Counted from the first letter of the stretch, positions 1 to 12,687 are shown. The stretch is DNA of 64,000 nucleotides from Felis catus (GCF_018350175.1 NC_058368.1:77068001-77132000); one strand, 5' to 3'. Made by a program: numbers and translations. The notes: generated by a model not told the origin, from the letters alone.

Positions 1-1833
1 TCATTGCTGCAGCTTTGTAGTAAATTATGAATTCCAGAAGTATGCAGTCTTCCAACTTTGTTGTGCCTTTTCAAGGTGGTGTTCACTATTATGGTTCTCT
101 TGCGTTTCCATACAAATTTTAGGATCAGTTTGTCAATTTATGCAGAAAAAATAAAAGTAGCTGGAATTTTGATAGATACTGTGTTAAATCTCTAAATCAA
201 ATTGGGGATATTTGCTGTATTAACAGTATTAAATCTTCTGATTCATGAACATGGAATGGTTTTCCATTTATTTAGATCTCCTTTAATTTCTTTTAACAAT
301 GTTTGTAGTTTTCAGTGTTTGTCTGACACTTATTTTGTTAAGTTTACTCATAGATATTTTATTCCTTTTGATGCCATTGTCAGTGGGGTCATTAACTTTA
401 TGTTCAGATTGTTTATTATTAGTGTACAGAAATACAATTTATGTTTGTATATTGATTTGACACCTTGCAATCTTACTGATCTTGTTTATTAGTTCCTACA
501 GTATTTTTCCATGTGTGTATGTCTGTGTCTGTGTGTCTGTGTGTGTGTTCCTGAACATTTTCTATGTCCAAGTTCATGCCATCTGAGAATAGAAATCGTT
601 TTACTTCTTTCTTTCTTCTTTGGATGTCTTTTATTATTTTCCTTGCCTAATCTTCCTGGCTAGAACTTCCAGTACAATGTTGAGTAAATGTGACAGGAGT
701 CAGCATCCTGTCTTGTTTCCTACCTAAGGGATAAAGCTTTCATTTGTTCATCCATTAAGTATGATATTGTTTGTGAGTCTTTTCGGTAGATTCCTTTCTC
801 GGGTTGTGGATGCTCCCTTCTGTTCACATGTTTATCAGGTTTTCTTATCATGAGAGGATTTTGGATTTTGTCAAATGCTTTTTCCTCAAGGGACATGCTC
901 GTGTGCTTTTTTGCTTCTTTATTGGATGAATGTGATGTATGGTATTGATCAATTTCCATATGCTGAACTGACCTTGCCTTTGCTGGAATAAATCTTACTT
1001 GGTCATGGCATATAATCCCTTTTGGAGGTTGCTGGATTGCTTTTGCTAGTGCACTATTGAGAATTTTTATGTCTATTTCATAATGAGTATTGTACTATAG
1101 TTTTCATTTCTTGAGATGTCTTTTTATTATCAGAGTAATATTGGTCTCAGAGAATGAGTTGGGATGTCCTCCCTCCTATTTTAGTTTTGGAAAGATTTTG
1201 TGAAGGATCGGTATTACTCTTCTTTAAATACTTGTAGAATTCACCAGTGAAGATATCTCAGCCTGAACTTTTCTTTGTGGGGAGTTTTCTTTCTTTCTTT
1301 CTTTTTTTTAAACTTGTTATATGTTTCTTCATATTTAAATTTTTTTCTTTAGTCAGTTTTGATAGTTTATGTCTTTCTAGGAATTTGTCCATTTCATCTG
1401 AGTTGTCTAATTTGTTTGGCATAGAATAGTTCATGGTATTGACTATAATCCCTTTTATTTTTGTAAAGATGGTGGTAATATCCCTTCTTTCATTCTTGAT
1501 TTTAATTAGTTCCGTCTTGTCTCTTTTTCTTTTTGTCAGACTAGTTAAGAGTTGCCAGTTTTGTTGATCTTTTCAAAACACCAATTTTTTATTTTCTGTA
1601 GTGTTTTTTTTTCTATTCTCTATTTCATTTATTTCTGCTCCAGTTATTATAATTTCCTTACTTTGGCTTTCTATTCTTTTTCCAGCATTTCAAAGTAGAA
1701 GGCAAGGATAATTATTTGAGATCTTCCTTTTTTTATATATGCACACTTACAGCTATAAATTTCTTTCTAAGCTTTGGACACATCACATATATCTTGGCAT
1801 GTTATTTTTATTTTCATTCATCTAAAGGTATTT

Positions 1834-2044
1834 AAAAAAATCTTTTTAACACTTATTCATTTATGAGAGACAGAGAGCACAAGCAGGGTAGGGGCAGAGA
1901 GAGAGGGAGACACAAAATTGATGCAGGCTTCAGGCTTCAAGCTGTCAGCATAGAGCCCGACGCAGGGCTCGAACTCAACAAGCTGTGAGATCATGACCTG
2001 AGCCAAAGTCGGACACTTAACCAACTGAGCCACCCAGGCGCCCC
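1834..2044 (-). mobile_element. CAN-SINE
   Basis: Reverse complement of the ggggcgcctgggtggctcag head; (GA)n tract; TSD tcatct(a/g)aaggtattt. Confidence 0.95.
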
Positions 2045-2502
2045 TCATCTGAAGGTATTTTATAATTTTACTTGTGGTTTCTTATTTGACCCATTGATTA
2101 TGTAGAAGTGTGTAATTTAATTTTAATGTATTTTTAACTCCCCAACTTTCCTTCCGGTATTCATTTCTAATTTCATTGTTTTTGGAGAACATACTTTGTA
2201 TGATTTCAGCTCTTTTATATTTATGGATACTTGTTTTATGGCCTAACATATGGTCTATTCTAGAGAATATTTCATGTGCACTTGAAAAGATGTGTGTTCT
2301 GTTGTTATTGGATGAACTCTTCTATAGAAGTTTTTAGGTCTTGTTGGTCTATAGTGCTGTTCAAGAATTGTGATTCCTTGTTACCTGCTGTCTAGCTTTT
2401 CTCTCCATTATTGCAAATGGAGTGTTGAAGTGTCCAGGTATTAATACTGTAATGTTGGCTTGTCTCTTGAATTCTCTCAGGGTTTTGTTAGGTGCATAAA
2501 TA

Positions 2503-2531
2503 TTTAGTATATGTGCTGCCGAAGCGAGCAC
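2503..2531 (-). pseudogene. Tailless U6 snRNA 5' retro-fragment (29 nt)
   Basis: Reverse complement is GTGCTCGCTTCGGCAGCACATATACTAAA, the 5' end of U6; flanked by the 17-bp direct repeat ggtgcataaatatttag (2491-2507, 2532-2548). Confidence 0.93.
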
Positions 2532-2749
2532 GGTGCATAAATATTTAGAATTTTTTTCTTGATGGGTTGATTCTCTTATCATTACACAATGTTCTTTTTG
2601 TCTCCAGTATCATTTCTTAAGGCTTTTTGTCTGAGCTATTCCACTTCTCTCCGGTTATTGTTTACATAGCATATATTTTCCACCCTTTTCCAACATATTT
2701 GTGGTTTAAAATTTTTTTAATGTGTGTTTGTTTGTTTATTTATTTATTT

Positions 2750-2979
2750 AATTTATCTTTTAATGTGTATTTATTTTTGAGAGAGAGAGACACACACACA
2801 GAGATGAGCAGGGGAGGGGCAGAGAGAGAGAGAGAGAGAGGGAGACAAAGAATCTGAAGCAGGCTCCAGGCTCTAAGCTGTTAGCACAGAGACTGACATG
2901 GGGTTCAAATCCATGAACTGTGAGATCATGACCTGAGCCAAAGTTGGACGCTTAACCAACTGAGCCACCCAGGCATCTC
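2750..2979 (-). mobile_element. CAN-SINE inserted in the tail of the next SINE
   Basis: SINE body and head directly abut a second SINE tail (taatgtttattt). Confidence 0.9.
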
Positions 2980-3179
2980 TAATGTTTATTTATTTTTGAG
3001 AGAGACAGAGAGTGTAAGCACAGGAGGGGCAGAGAGAGAGGGAGAGAGAGAATCCCAAGCAGCCCCCACACTGTCAGTGCAGAGCCAGATGCAGGGCTCA
3101 GACCCATGAAACCTGAGATCATGATCTGAGCCAAAATCAAGAGTCAGATGGTTAGCTTACCAAGCCACCCAGGTGTCCC
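2980..3179 (-). mobile_element. CAN-SINE (older type)
   Basis: SINE body ending ...ccacccaggtgtccc. Confidence 0.9.
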
Positions 3180-3180
3180 T

Positions 3181-3183
3181 TGT

Positions 3184-3214
<31 letters not shown>

Positions 3215-3243
3215 CATGCGTGCGCATGCACGCATGTGTGTGT
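3181..3243. repeat. (TG)n/(TGCG/TGCA) microsatellite
   Basis: Alternating purine-pyrimidine tract, seen directly. Confidence 0.9.
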
Positions 3244-3422
3244 TTGGTGCCCCTTGTGTTTTCTAAACTGTGTTACTTGGAAAGAACATATAGTTAGGTC
3301 ATGGTTGTTGTTTTTTTTTCTTTTTCCAATTCATTCATTCTGTCCATCTCTGCCTTTTGACGGGAACGTTTAATTCACTTGCATTTAGTGTAATTACTAA
3401 TAAGGTAGAATTGACATATACT

Positions 3423-3830
3423 TGTATTAGTTCTCTAGGGCAGCCATAACAAAGAACCACAGACGATGTGGCTTAAATAATAAAACAAAAATAATTTTCT
3501 CAGTTCTGGAAGCTAGACGTCCCAGATTAAGGAGTCAACAGGTTAGATGTGTTCTGAGGTTTCTCTCCTTGCCTTGGAGATGGCTGCCTTGTCACTGTGT
3601 CTTCACATGGTATATTTCTCTGTATGTATATCCCTTGTGTTTCTTTTGAAAGTCCAAGTTTCCTTTTTTATAGACACTAGTCAGATTGGATTAAGTCCTA
3701 TCCCAATGGCCTAATTTAATTTGATCAACTCTTTAAAGAACATATCTTTAAATACTGTCATGTTCTGAGATACTAGGGATTAGAGCTTCCCCATATGAAT
3801 TTGGGGGAAGACAGAATTCAGCCCAGGACA
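3423..3830 (-). mobile_element. MaLR solo LTR (MLT1B-like)
   Basis: tgtattagtt...gccataacaaag...ttcagcccaggaca, with TG...CA termini; matches my recollection of MLT1. Confidence 0.85.
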
Positions 3831-4698
3831 TTGCCATTTTGCTATGGTTTTGTTTGTTTGTTTGTTTGTTTTTGTTTGTTTTTTTAAATATCTATGTCGG
3901 TTTTGTTCATCAGTTTCTCTGTTACTGCATTCCTATGTGTTAGGGAAATGTTTTCTTGTGTATTGTTTTAATTCCCTTTTTGTTTCTTTTACTATATTTC
4001 TTGAGTTATTTCTTAGTAAGTTCCTGAGGATTATAATTAACATCTTAGTTAATACCAGTCAAGTTCAGATTAATAACACTTTAATTTCAATAGTGTACAG
4101 AAACTTTGCCTCTATACAGCTCTGTTGCCTCTTCCATCCTTTCTGCTATTATTGTCATACAAATGACATCTTAACACCTTATAAGCCTATGGGTACAACT
4201 TTCTCATTGTTGTTGTATTCAATTGTCTTTTAAATCAGATAGAAGAAACCAAGAGCTACAAACAAAAAAGTGAACATTTCTATTGTCTTTTATATTTAGC
4301 TGTGAGTTAACTGCACTGATGCTCTTTATCCTTCATGTGGTTTTGAGTTGCTGTATCAAGTCCTTTCATTTCAGTCTAATAGACTCCCTTTCGTATTCCT
4401 TGCAGAGCAGGTATGCTAGTGAACAAGTCTCCCAGCTCTTTATCTGGAAATGTCTAAGTTTCTCCTTCATTTTGAAGAGAAGTTTTCCTGGATACAGAAT
4501 TCTTGGTTGACAATCTTTTTCTTTCAGCACTTTAAGTGTCATTCCTCTGCCTCTGGTTTTCATAGTTTCTGATGAGAAACCAGGTGTTAATCTTACTGAG
4601 ACTTCTGTAAATGCAATGAGTGACTTATCCCGTGCTGTTTTTAAGATTCTCTTTTGGTCTTTGACTTTCTACAGTTTGGCCGTTTAAATGATTGCTTA

Positions 4699-4704
4699 AT
4701 ATAT

Positions 4705-4749
<45 letters not shown>
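4699..4749. repeat. (TA)n tract at the left inversion junction
   Basis: Seen directly. Confidence 0.95.
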
Positions 4750-4752
<3 letters not shown>

Positions 4753-4767
4753 ATGTATGATGTATAT

Positions 4768-5214
4768 CATGCAAAGAAAGAGGAAAGCATGGCCAATACA
4801 CATTTTTAAAAAAGCAGTCAGTAGAAACCTTCCCTGAAGAAGCCTACGTATTGGACTTATTAGACAAGTACTTTAATTTTTTTTTTTAACATTTATTTAT
4901 TTTTGAGACAGAGCATGAACAGGGGAGGGTCACAGAGAGGGAGACACAGAATCTGAAACGGGCTCCAGGCTCTGAGCTGTCAGCACAGAGCCTGACGCGG
5001 GGCTCAAACTCACGGACCGCGAGATCATGACCTGAGCCGAAGTCTGCCGCTTAACTGACTGAGCCACCCAGGCGCCCCTAGACAAGTACTTTAAATCAGC
5101 TATTATAAAAATGACCAAAGTACTAAATGAAAACATGTCTAAAGAGCTAAAGAAAAAGTATGAAAATGATGTCTCACCAAATAAAGAATGTGAATAAAAA
5201 GACACAGTTGATTA

Positions 5215-5245
<31 letters not shown>

Positions 5246-5510
5246 CCAAGGAGAAATTCTGGAGCTGACATGAAAAATTCACTAGAGGGCTCAACAGCAG
5301 GTTTGAACTGGCAGAAAAAAGAATCAGTAAATTATGAGATAGGTCAATTGGGATTATCTAGTCTGAAGATGAGATGGAAATAATAATAATTAATAACAAT
5401 GATAACAAAACATGAGCAAAGCCTCAGAGACCTGTGTAACACAATCCAATCTGTCAATACAGGCATAATGTGAATGCTAAGAGAGAGAGAGAAAGAAAGA
5501 CTATTTGAAC

Positions 5511-5514
<4 letters not shown>
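4768..5514 (+). mobile_element. L1 ORF1 N-terminal segment in sense orientation (inverted relative to the flanking L1)
   Basis: A-rich sense L1: catgcaaagaaagaggaaagcatggcc...gaaattctggagctg...aaattcactagagggctcaacagcag...ctatttgaacaaatt. Confidence 0.85.
4877..5078 (-). mobile_element. CAN-SINE
   Basis: Perfect TSD tagacaagtactttaa (4861-4876, 5079-5094). Confidence 0.95.

Positions 5515-5560
<46 letters not shown>
5511..5560. repeat. aaatt(AT)n-aattt perfect palindrome at the right inversion junction
   Basis: Seen directly. Confidence 0.95.
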
Positions 5561-5561
<1 letters not shown>

Positions 5562-5622
5562 ATAATTGGGCATTTAAATAATATAATGTGTCTAATATGT
5601 AAATCAGATCCCCTACCCCAGG

Positions 5623-5634
5623 GTGTGTGTGTGT

Positions 5635-5670
<36 letters not shown>

Positions 5671-5837
5671 ATTTAGACAGCAAGAGAGCACATGAGCAGG
5701 GGAGAGGCACAGAGGGAGAGAGAGAGAGAGAGAGAGAATCTCAAGCCTGACACAGGCTCTATTCCATGACCCTGGGATCATGACCTGAGCCAAAATCAAG
5801 AGTGGAATACACAACCGACTGAGCCACCCAGGCACCC
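5623..5837 (-). mobile_element. CAN-SINE with a (TG)n-expanded tail
   Basis: Head ...gagccacccaggcaccc; internally shortened body. Confidence 0.85.
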
Positions 5838-7160
5838 TGCTATGTTTTGCTTAATGATTTTATTGAACTAATTCTATAAAGTCTCTATTCTTTGTTTATG
5901 ACCACTGAGTTCTCTACTCAGTTAGCTTAGTGACCAGCTAATGATTACACCAATATTTTTTGAAATGCCTTGAACGAATAACTCCCAGCTTTGTGAATAC
6001 GCTCTGTGTGCCTTCTGGAGTGTCCAGCTCTTCAGGGGGCAGGTTACTACTCTTTGATAGCTTTTACTTTCTGTTTGTGCAGAAGCTCAAGGTCCACCAG
6101 AGGTGAGATATGAAGGCTTACTCAGTTGTTTCCTGAACCTGCCCACAGTATAGCACATGCACGTGGACGTCTTGATTTTCGGGAACATGTCAGAGTTCTT
6201 CAAAGACTCTATGTACATCTCTTTCCTCGGATTTTCCTTTAAGTTTCTTGATCAGCTTTTCATTTGCCTCAACTACATCACTTCCTCAGGCAGCCACGGT
6301 GTTAAGCAATTGCGAGTAATTGTTTTTGAAAAATGTTCTGAGAAGAGATTGTTTGCAGTGAGGTTATTTTCACCGTTGAATGAAGAGAAGCTTTGCAAGT
6401 CAAGGTTCCCATGGAACCTCCAGACAGATCAAACAATGACAGTTTTCTGCGAAGGGAGATTTTGGGGTAATTCCAGATTCTTTCTGCACCCACCAGTGGC
6501 TACAAGTCTACTGGTTTTCATGGCCATCATGATTGCAAGCCTGTCGTTTTTCAAGGCTACTGCTGAGCTGGAGAGTGAAAGATAGAAATAGAGCAAATTA
6601 AAATGCACCAAAGCTCACTGTTCTTACCGAGATTCAGCTGTTTTTATTGAATAAACATTCTTCAGATTGTTGCAAGTCTTTGGATAATTTCCACAGTTCT
6701 GACAAAATTGATTTTGATCATTTTGCCAATGTTGCCATTGCCTTTATGGAGAGGCAGATTTTCAGAGGTTCTTACCATTCCAGAAGTGATTGTCTCTCTT
6801 TGTATTCTCATGTGTATATATTATCTTGTTTCTACTAATTCATTCTACACATTCATCCTGTGCTTCTTTTAATCTTTTGTTCTTGCTGCTAATGTCAAGG
6901 TAACTATAGAACCCAATGGATCTTTTGTGTTTTGAGTTCTGGAGTATTGGGATTTTGCATAAGTAGCTCATTGGTAGGGTTTCTTTGGCAAAAGGCTACG
7001 TTGAAATGAAAGCAGATTTTGGCATTTGCTTCTAGCCCCCAGGACTCACACTTTTGTTATCTGATCAGTTGTTAACATTTTGGGCAGAAGTGTTGGTGGA
7101 TAACATGGTAGAGAGACAATATTTTTCTTGAAACAGCTGTGAGCTCTATTTATTTTTCAG

Positions 7161-7192
7161 GTACTCTTTCATCAGAATCCAGAGGGTTCCTA
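7161..7192 (+). CDS. Candidate 32-nt coding exon (YSFIRIQRVP if spliced to 12824)
   Basis: Acceptor tatttatttttcag, donor CTA|gtaagc; one open frame is phase-compatible with the exon at 12824. Confidence 0.45.
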
Positions 7193-8284
7193 GTAAGCAT
7201 ATACATCAGCATACACAGAGGAAAATTGAGCTCATTTCTTCTTTAATGATAATATTGCTGTTATAATAATTAAATTAAAAGACAAATGAAAGCAAAAGCC
7301 ATTTAGTAATGGAAGTTCAGATTGCAAAAGAAATTTTCAAAGAATACTGCTCCATTATTTTTACATTTTAGCAAATAATACGCAAACACATATAACATTA
7401 TGAGTGGGAATTCAATCTAATTAAACCACAAATAGCAATCCTCTTGCTATGTATTATGTTAGCCATAAGTGACAGTCAGAGATGCCAGGGAAGGCATTCT
7501 GTCTCCTTTTTGCACAAGTTAAAGTATATAATGAGGAAAAACAAAGGGTCGAACTGGTGTATCTATTTCCAAATTGCTTCACTAACGTATGATTTTATGG
7601 AGGAGTTGAGTATTATCCCTTTATATCTTGAAGAGTAGTTGCTGTGGAGAAATTAATTTGTGTACTTACTATTTTTGTGTGTATGTATGGAGAAAATGGT
7701 CTGTGTGCTTCTAAAGATGTGCCAATTTTAATTCAAATTATTGGGGTGAAAATATTAAGACCTAAGTTATCTTTACTGCCATTAATGGTTTTGATGAAAT
7801 AACTCCTGTCCTGTGGTTCTCTAAAAACCTGGAAAGGTTTTCTAAAGAAATTTAGGTGTCTTTCTACTGGAAGGTGAATTGTTATATTAAAAACAACAAA
7901 AACAACAGCTTGGTACCTCAAGTGCTAAATGTAGACATTTTTCAGGAATGCTTACACTTACTGTTTTGTACACACCCATGTGAGCCCCTGCTCTGTTGGT
8001 GACATTGCGCTATGCCAGGCACTGAATGTACAATAGCAAAGCAAGTTTGTTCTTTCCTCGTGGAATTTTAACATACTGGGAGAAACAGCAGAGCAAGCAA
8101 ATATATTGTGACAAGCAGTTTTTGGTAGAAGAGCCAGAAGTAAGCAGGGTATGAAGGACTAAAATAATACAGTTGGGGTTTTTCTAGGGAAAAAGCCTAG
8201 ATAGGTTGCATGGGACACGGAAAGTTAGCTAGAGATAAGGCAGATGTGTTACATGGGATCGTTTCTGTTGGAGTTCTAAAGCCA

Positions 8285-8995
8285 CACTAGCCAATAAAAA
8301 TATAATCTAAGCTACATCTTAGCTATGGCAGCCACATTAAAACATTTGAAATAGAAAGCAGTGTAATCATTTTTGTAAGATTTTTTTAAAGTTTATTTAT
8401 GTATTCTGAGAGAGAGAGATAGAGCGCGCGCGCACGCACTCACAAGCAGGGAGGGGCAGAGAGAGAGGGAGAGAAAATCTCTAGCAGGCTTTGTGTTGTT
8501 CATGCAGAGCCCGACTCGGGGCTCGGTCCCATGAACATGAGATCATGACCTGAGCCGAAATCAAGAGACAGGCACTTAACCAACTGAGCCACTCAGGTGC
8601 CCCAGAAACCAGTGAAATAATTTTTAAAATATATTTTAATTAACCCAAGCTTATCCAACAAATTACCACTTAAATACATAATCAATATAAAAATTATTAA
8701 TGGGTGTTTTGTACTCCTATTTTTACTAGCTTTCAAAATGTGGGACTCTTTACAGCACATTGTAACTTGGTCATGAAATTTTCACTGAGAATAACTGACC
8801 TGTATTAAGATTTCATAAAATTAACAGCTAAAAATTAAATTTACCTGCTCAGGTTGTTCCAAATATAGTGAAACTTTTCTAGTGACTGAATAAAATATCA
8901 GCTTTTCAATTTAAGTGTCAAGTAATGAAAATTAAAATTTGAAATTCAGCTCTTCAGTCTCGCTAGCCACACTTCAAGTGTTTAATAGCCACACC
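8285..8995. mobile_element. hAT-Charlie DNA transposon relic (MER33/Charlie1-like), split by a SINE
   Basis: agccacattaaaa...taatcaatataaaaattattaatg...ctagccacacttcaagtgtttaatagccaca. Confidence 0.75.
8376..8603 (-). mobile_element. CAN-SINE
   Basis: SINE body; decayed TSD agaaa(g/c)cagtg. Confidence 0.92.
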
Positions 8996-9710
8996 ATTGA
9001 GCGTGTAGAAGGGACAGCTCAGGTCATTGGCATAGGTCCTCTCCTTGAACAGGTAGGGTGTTGAGCTGTTAGTGGGTACTGGCTAAGTGTCTGTCTGCGG
9101 TCGGGACCCAGTGAAGTTAAATGACAAGCTCAGCATTGCCCAGGTAACAAAAGGTGGTGAGGCCTACTACCCGGGTGTCTTGCTAACTAGTAAAATCCTA
9201 GCATCGTATCAGTGTTTAAGTTTCAGAAAGTGAATCAAAGAATTTTGACAGCAAAGGATTTTCTGGAATCGTCTCCAAATCTCCTCGGTTCTTGAGTTTG
9301 GAGAGAGAGCCCCAACAGGATGAGTTCGGTTACCCAGTGCCTGCATTTAGGCTATTAAAAGCTAGGAAATGCAGTGATAATAGAATAAAGTAGCAATATA
9401 CCTCACTTAGCTTCTTTTACGTACAAAGCATTACTAGGGCTCTGGAGAGAATCTAATTCAAGAGCCTGAATTGCATCTTCCTCTTTAACAATGAAAGTCA
9501 GCAGAAGTGTGCAAAGGTGTGTGGAAGGGGTTTAGATTCAAGGGTGGAGTGGAAGCAAATGATCTGGGGGAGAGGGTGGGGTGTTGGCTTGGGCAACAGC
9601 CTTCAAGAGAGGTGGTGGAGGTCCAGCTGGTTGGCTTCCTAGAGCAGCAAGTGGGAGCCAATCGCTTAGCCATACTTAGTTATGGAACTCTAAGAGGCAG
9701 AGCAAGCCAT

Positions 9711-10067
9711 TGTCAGTCTGTTCAGACTGCTGTAACAGAAAAACCATAGACTTGGTGGCTTATAAATAACATAAATTTATTTCTCACGGTCCTGGAGACT
9801 GGGAAGTTCAAGATCAAGGAATTGGCAGATTCGATATCTGCTGAAGTTTCGTTTCCCGGAGAGCTGTCTTTTCGCTGTGTCTTTATAAGGTGGAAGGAGC
9901 AAGGGAGCTCTCTGGGGTCTCTTTAATCAAGGCACTAATCCTATCTATCAGGGTTCCACTCTCATGACTTAATCACCCCCAAAGGCCTCACCTCCTCCTA
10001 CCATCACCTTGAGGGTTAGAATTTCCACATATGAATGGGGGGCGGGGACATAAGCATCTATTAGACA
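9711..10067 (-). mobile_element. MaLR solo LTR (MLT1A-like)
   Basis: gactgctgtaacagaaaaccatagacttggtggcttataa...aaggcctcacctcct...catatgaat. Confidence 0.85.
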
Positions 10068-10910
10068 TAAACCTGCAGCCACATTTGGATTGAGGGTCCT
10101 TCCTGGGGAAAATATATGATGTCATGAATGAAAGAATTGAGTTAGGAGGTTTCCTTTTTATGTCTTTCCTACATGGAAGAATTGATTCTACTCAACATCG
10201 AGAACTCCTCCCTTTAATTTTTCTTTCAGTGGGAGGACATTTAAGTACAATATCATTAGCTAGAAATAATTTTTTTCGGTTTATAAAATTTTACTTGCTA
10301 TGATTAGGATATTAGTTTTCATCAGAATCAGAATGACAACAATCAATGTCAAGACAATGTCAATGTCATTTTAAACAAATGGGGCCTTTTTGAAATGAAC
10401 TGCCTTATAGAAAGCCTGTCAAAATCTTTAAAAAAGACTGCATTAATTTTTTAGGTTTTGGAATGTTGTGATTAGGGAGAAAATGCCATTTCATAAATGG
10501 ATGCATCTCCAACAAACACACCCAAACAAATGGCAGTTACCGTTTGGGGTTGTATAGTGTCTTGCTATCCTCTGGGGCATCCATGAGCCCATGTGGATGA
10601 ACCCTTTGTGGTGGTTCCCTGTTGATCTCATTGAGAGGGACCCATCTGTGTTAAATCATATATTTTCCAAACTCTACCTACTTATCCACAATGTCACACT
10701 GAAGTTCACCTTCCTACTGTATTATTTCGATAAGGCAGATGGCAATGAGCTTCTAAGAGACTAATGGAGGCCAAACCATGGGACAATTGTTTATAGCATT
10801 ATGATAGCTTTAGCCAGTTGAAATTGAGTTTTTTTATTTGGGAACAGAAAGGGTGTACCCCTAAAATGTCTAAATCATCCTGACCTCTGATGCGTTAAAA
10901 GTCTACTGCA

Positions 10911-11120
10911 GGGGCGCCTGGGTGGCTCAGTCGGTTGAGCATGGGACTTTGGCTCAGGTCACGATCTCATGGTTTGTGAGTTCGAGCCCTGCATCAGGCT
11001 CTGTGCTGAAAGCTCAGAGCCTGGAGCCTACTTCAGATTCTGTGTGTGTCTCTCTCTCTGTCCCTCCCCTGCTCTCTCTCCCTCTCTCTTAAAAATAAAT
11101 ACAAATTTAAAAAAAGTTTT
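10911..11120 (+). mobile_element. CAN-SINE
   Basis: ggggcgcctgggtggctcag head; TSD aagtctactg. Confidence 0.95.
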
Positions 11121-11867
11121 TAAGTCTACTGTAACTGTCATTAAGTGACTGACTGTCTTTGAGAACAGGAGCATTTAATGGGAACTTGAGGCATATCTGG
11201 GTGCTGACACGAGTAACTTTTGCTAGTAGCCATAGTCTTGAAAGTTTCCTGAGTTTGCTCATTATCTTCCCCCAATTTAACAAGCACGGGTTTCTTCAAC
11301 TTTTCAAATGAATATTTTGATATCTATCATGAACTAAAAATAACTCTGAATGGCATGCACTTAAAATAGATGGTTGTCTCTTTAGTATAATTAAAGAGAT
11401 CAGTGTCATCCAAAATCCTCATTTATTTCAGGGAAACCTAGACAAAATCATCTACTTAAGTAAGGTATAGTCTATAAATTAGATTAATTTGCTAGTATGC
11501 ATTCGGAGTGATAAAAATTCTGAAATTTAAAATTGCCATGGAAATCAGTCTTGATAATGCTTGCTGAGGTAAACCTATTTTACAGAAGAACTTTTAAAAG
11601 TTATGAATGCTTGGATTTTGAGTAGCAGTTTGCTCCAATGGCCATGATGGCATGTGTATTGATGTCAGTCTGCATTTTGTTGGGTAGGACTCCCTTCCCT
11701 TTATACCTGAATTGTATGCGGAGTGGGTTTGATGAATTTTCCATCCTGACCTAAGGTGACTCCCCCCATGGTGTTGGGAGCCAAAGTAGAAAAACAAGTG
11801 GATTTAGCCCACGTAGACATGTTCTGGAGCGCTGGCCTGTGGAGTTGCTCAGAAAAGCATTGGGCTT

Positions 11868-12018
11868 AGAGCGCCTGGGTGGCTCAGTCGGTGAAGTGTC
11901 TGACTCTTGATTTCAGCTCAGGTCATGATCTCAAGGTTCATGAGTTCAAGCCCCGAGTCACGCTCTGCAATGACAGTGTGGAGCCTGCTTGGGATTCTCT
12001 CTGTCCCACCCCTCTTGC

Positions 12019-12068
<50 letters not shown>

Positions 12069-12094
12069 ACAAATAAACTTAAAAAAAAAAGAAA
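11868..12094 (+). mobile_element. CAN-SINE with a long (CT)n tract
   Basis: TSD agaaaagcat(t/c)gggctt. Confidence 0.95.
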
Positions 12095-12474
12095 AGAAAA
12101 GCATCGGGCTTTGTGAGTCAGAATGCAACTTGAAAACATTGGACATCAAAAGTTGCTATCACTAGTTTTAAACACTAATCTTTAAAAATCTTTGTGTTTG
12201 TGAGTTACAGATGATAAATAAGAAAAGCAGCCAAGAAAAAAAATCTAAAATTAGACACTGCATTTTTTTTTTATCATATTGAGCATATAACCTCTGACTT
12301 TATCCTTTTTATTTAGAAGGAGACAGATTTACCTGATTACGAGTAGACATAATCTCTCCATAGCTTAGAGAAAGTTTGGAAATTTTCAAGTCTATTTTAA
12401 AGCAATTATCTCATGTTGTGAGACAACAAGTGAAATGATACCTAAGTAGACATTAATATGGTAACACATTCTTT

Positions 12475-12687
12475 TTTTTTTTTTCAACGTTTATTTGTTT
12501 TTGGGACAGAGAGAGACAGAGCATGAACGGGGGAGGGGCAGAGAGAGAGGGAGACACAGAATCGGAAACAGGCTCCAGGCTCCGAGCCATCAGCCCAGAG
12601 CCTGACGCGGGGCTCGAACTCACGGACCGCGAGATCGTGACCTGGCTGAAGTCGGACGCTTAACCGACTGCGCCACCCAGGCGCCCC
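12475..12687 (-). mobile_element. Young felid CAN-SINE
   Basis: CpG-intact copy; TSD gtaacacattcttt. Confidence 0.96.

Larger units (their letters stand above)
1..6790 (-). mobile_element. Old, decayed LINE-1 (L1M-type): ORF2 to ORF1 to 5' end reading left to right; 3' part lies outside the window; interrupted and partly inverted
   Basis: T-rich antisense L1 ORF2 sequence; minus-strand ORF 720-959 has the ORF2-like motif 'EKAFDKIQNPLMI'; minus ORF 4366-4563 has the ORF1 motif 'KVLKEKDCQPRILYPGKLLFK'; 5560-6790 resembles an L1M 5' end; many stops and frameshifts. Confidence 0.9.

Noticed and set aside
7856..7873. Possible 18-nt micro-exon (tttag|GTGTCTTTCTACTGGAAG|gtgaat)
   Set aside because: No polypyrimidine tract, and not needed for frame compatibility.
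10230..12345. AG acceptor-like sites near 10229, 11585 and 12316
   Set aside because: Frames hit early stops or lack a good donor.
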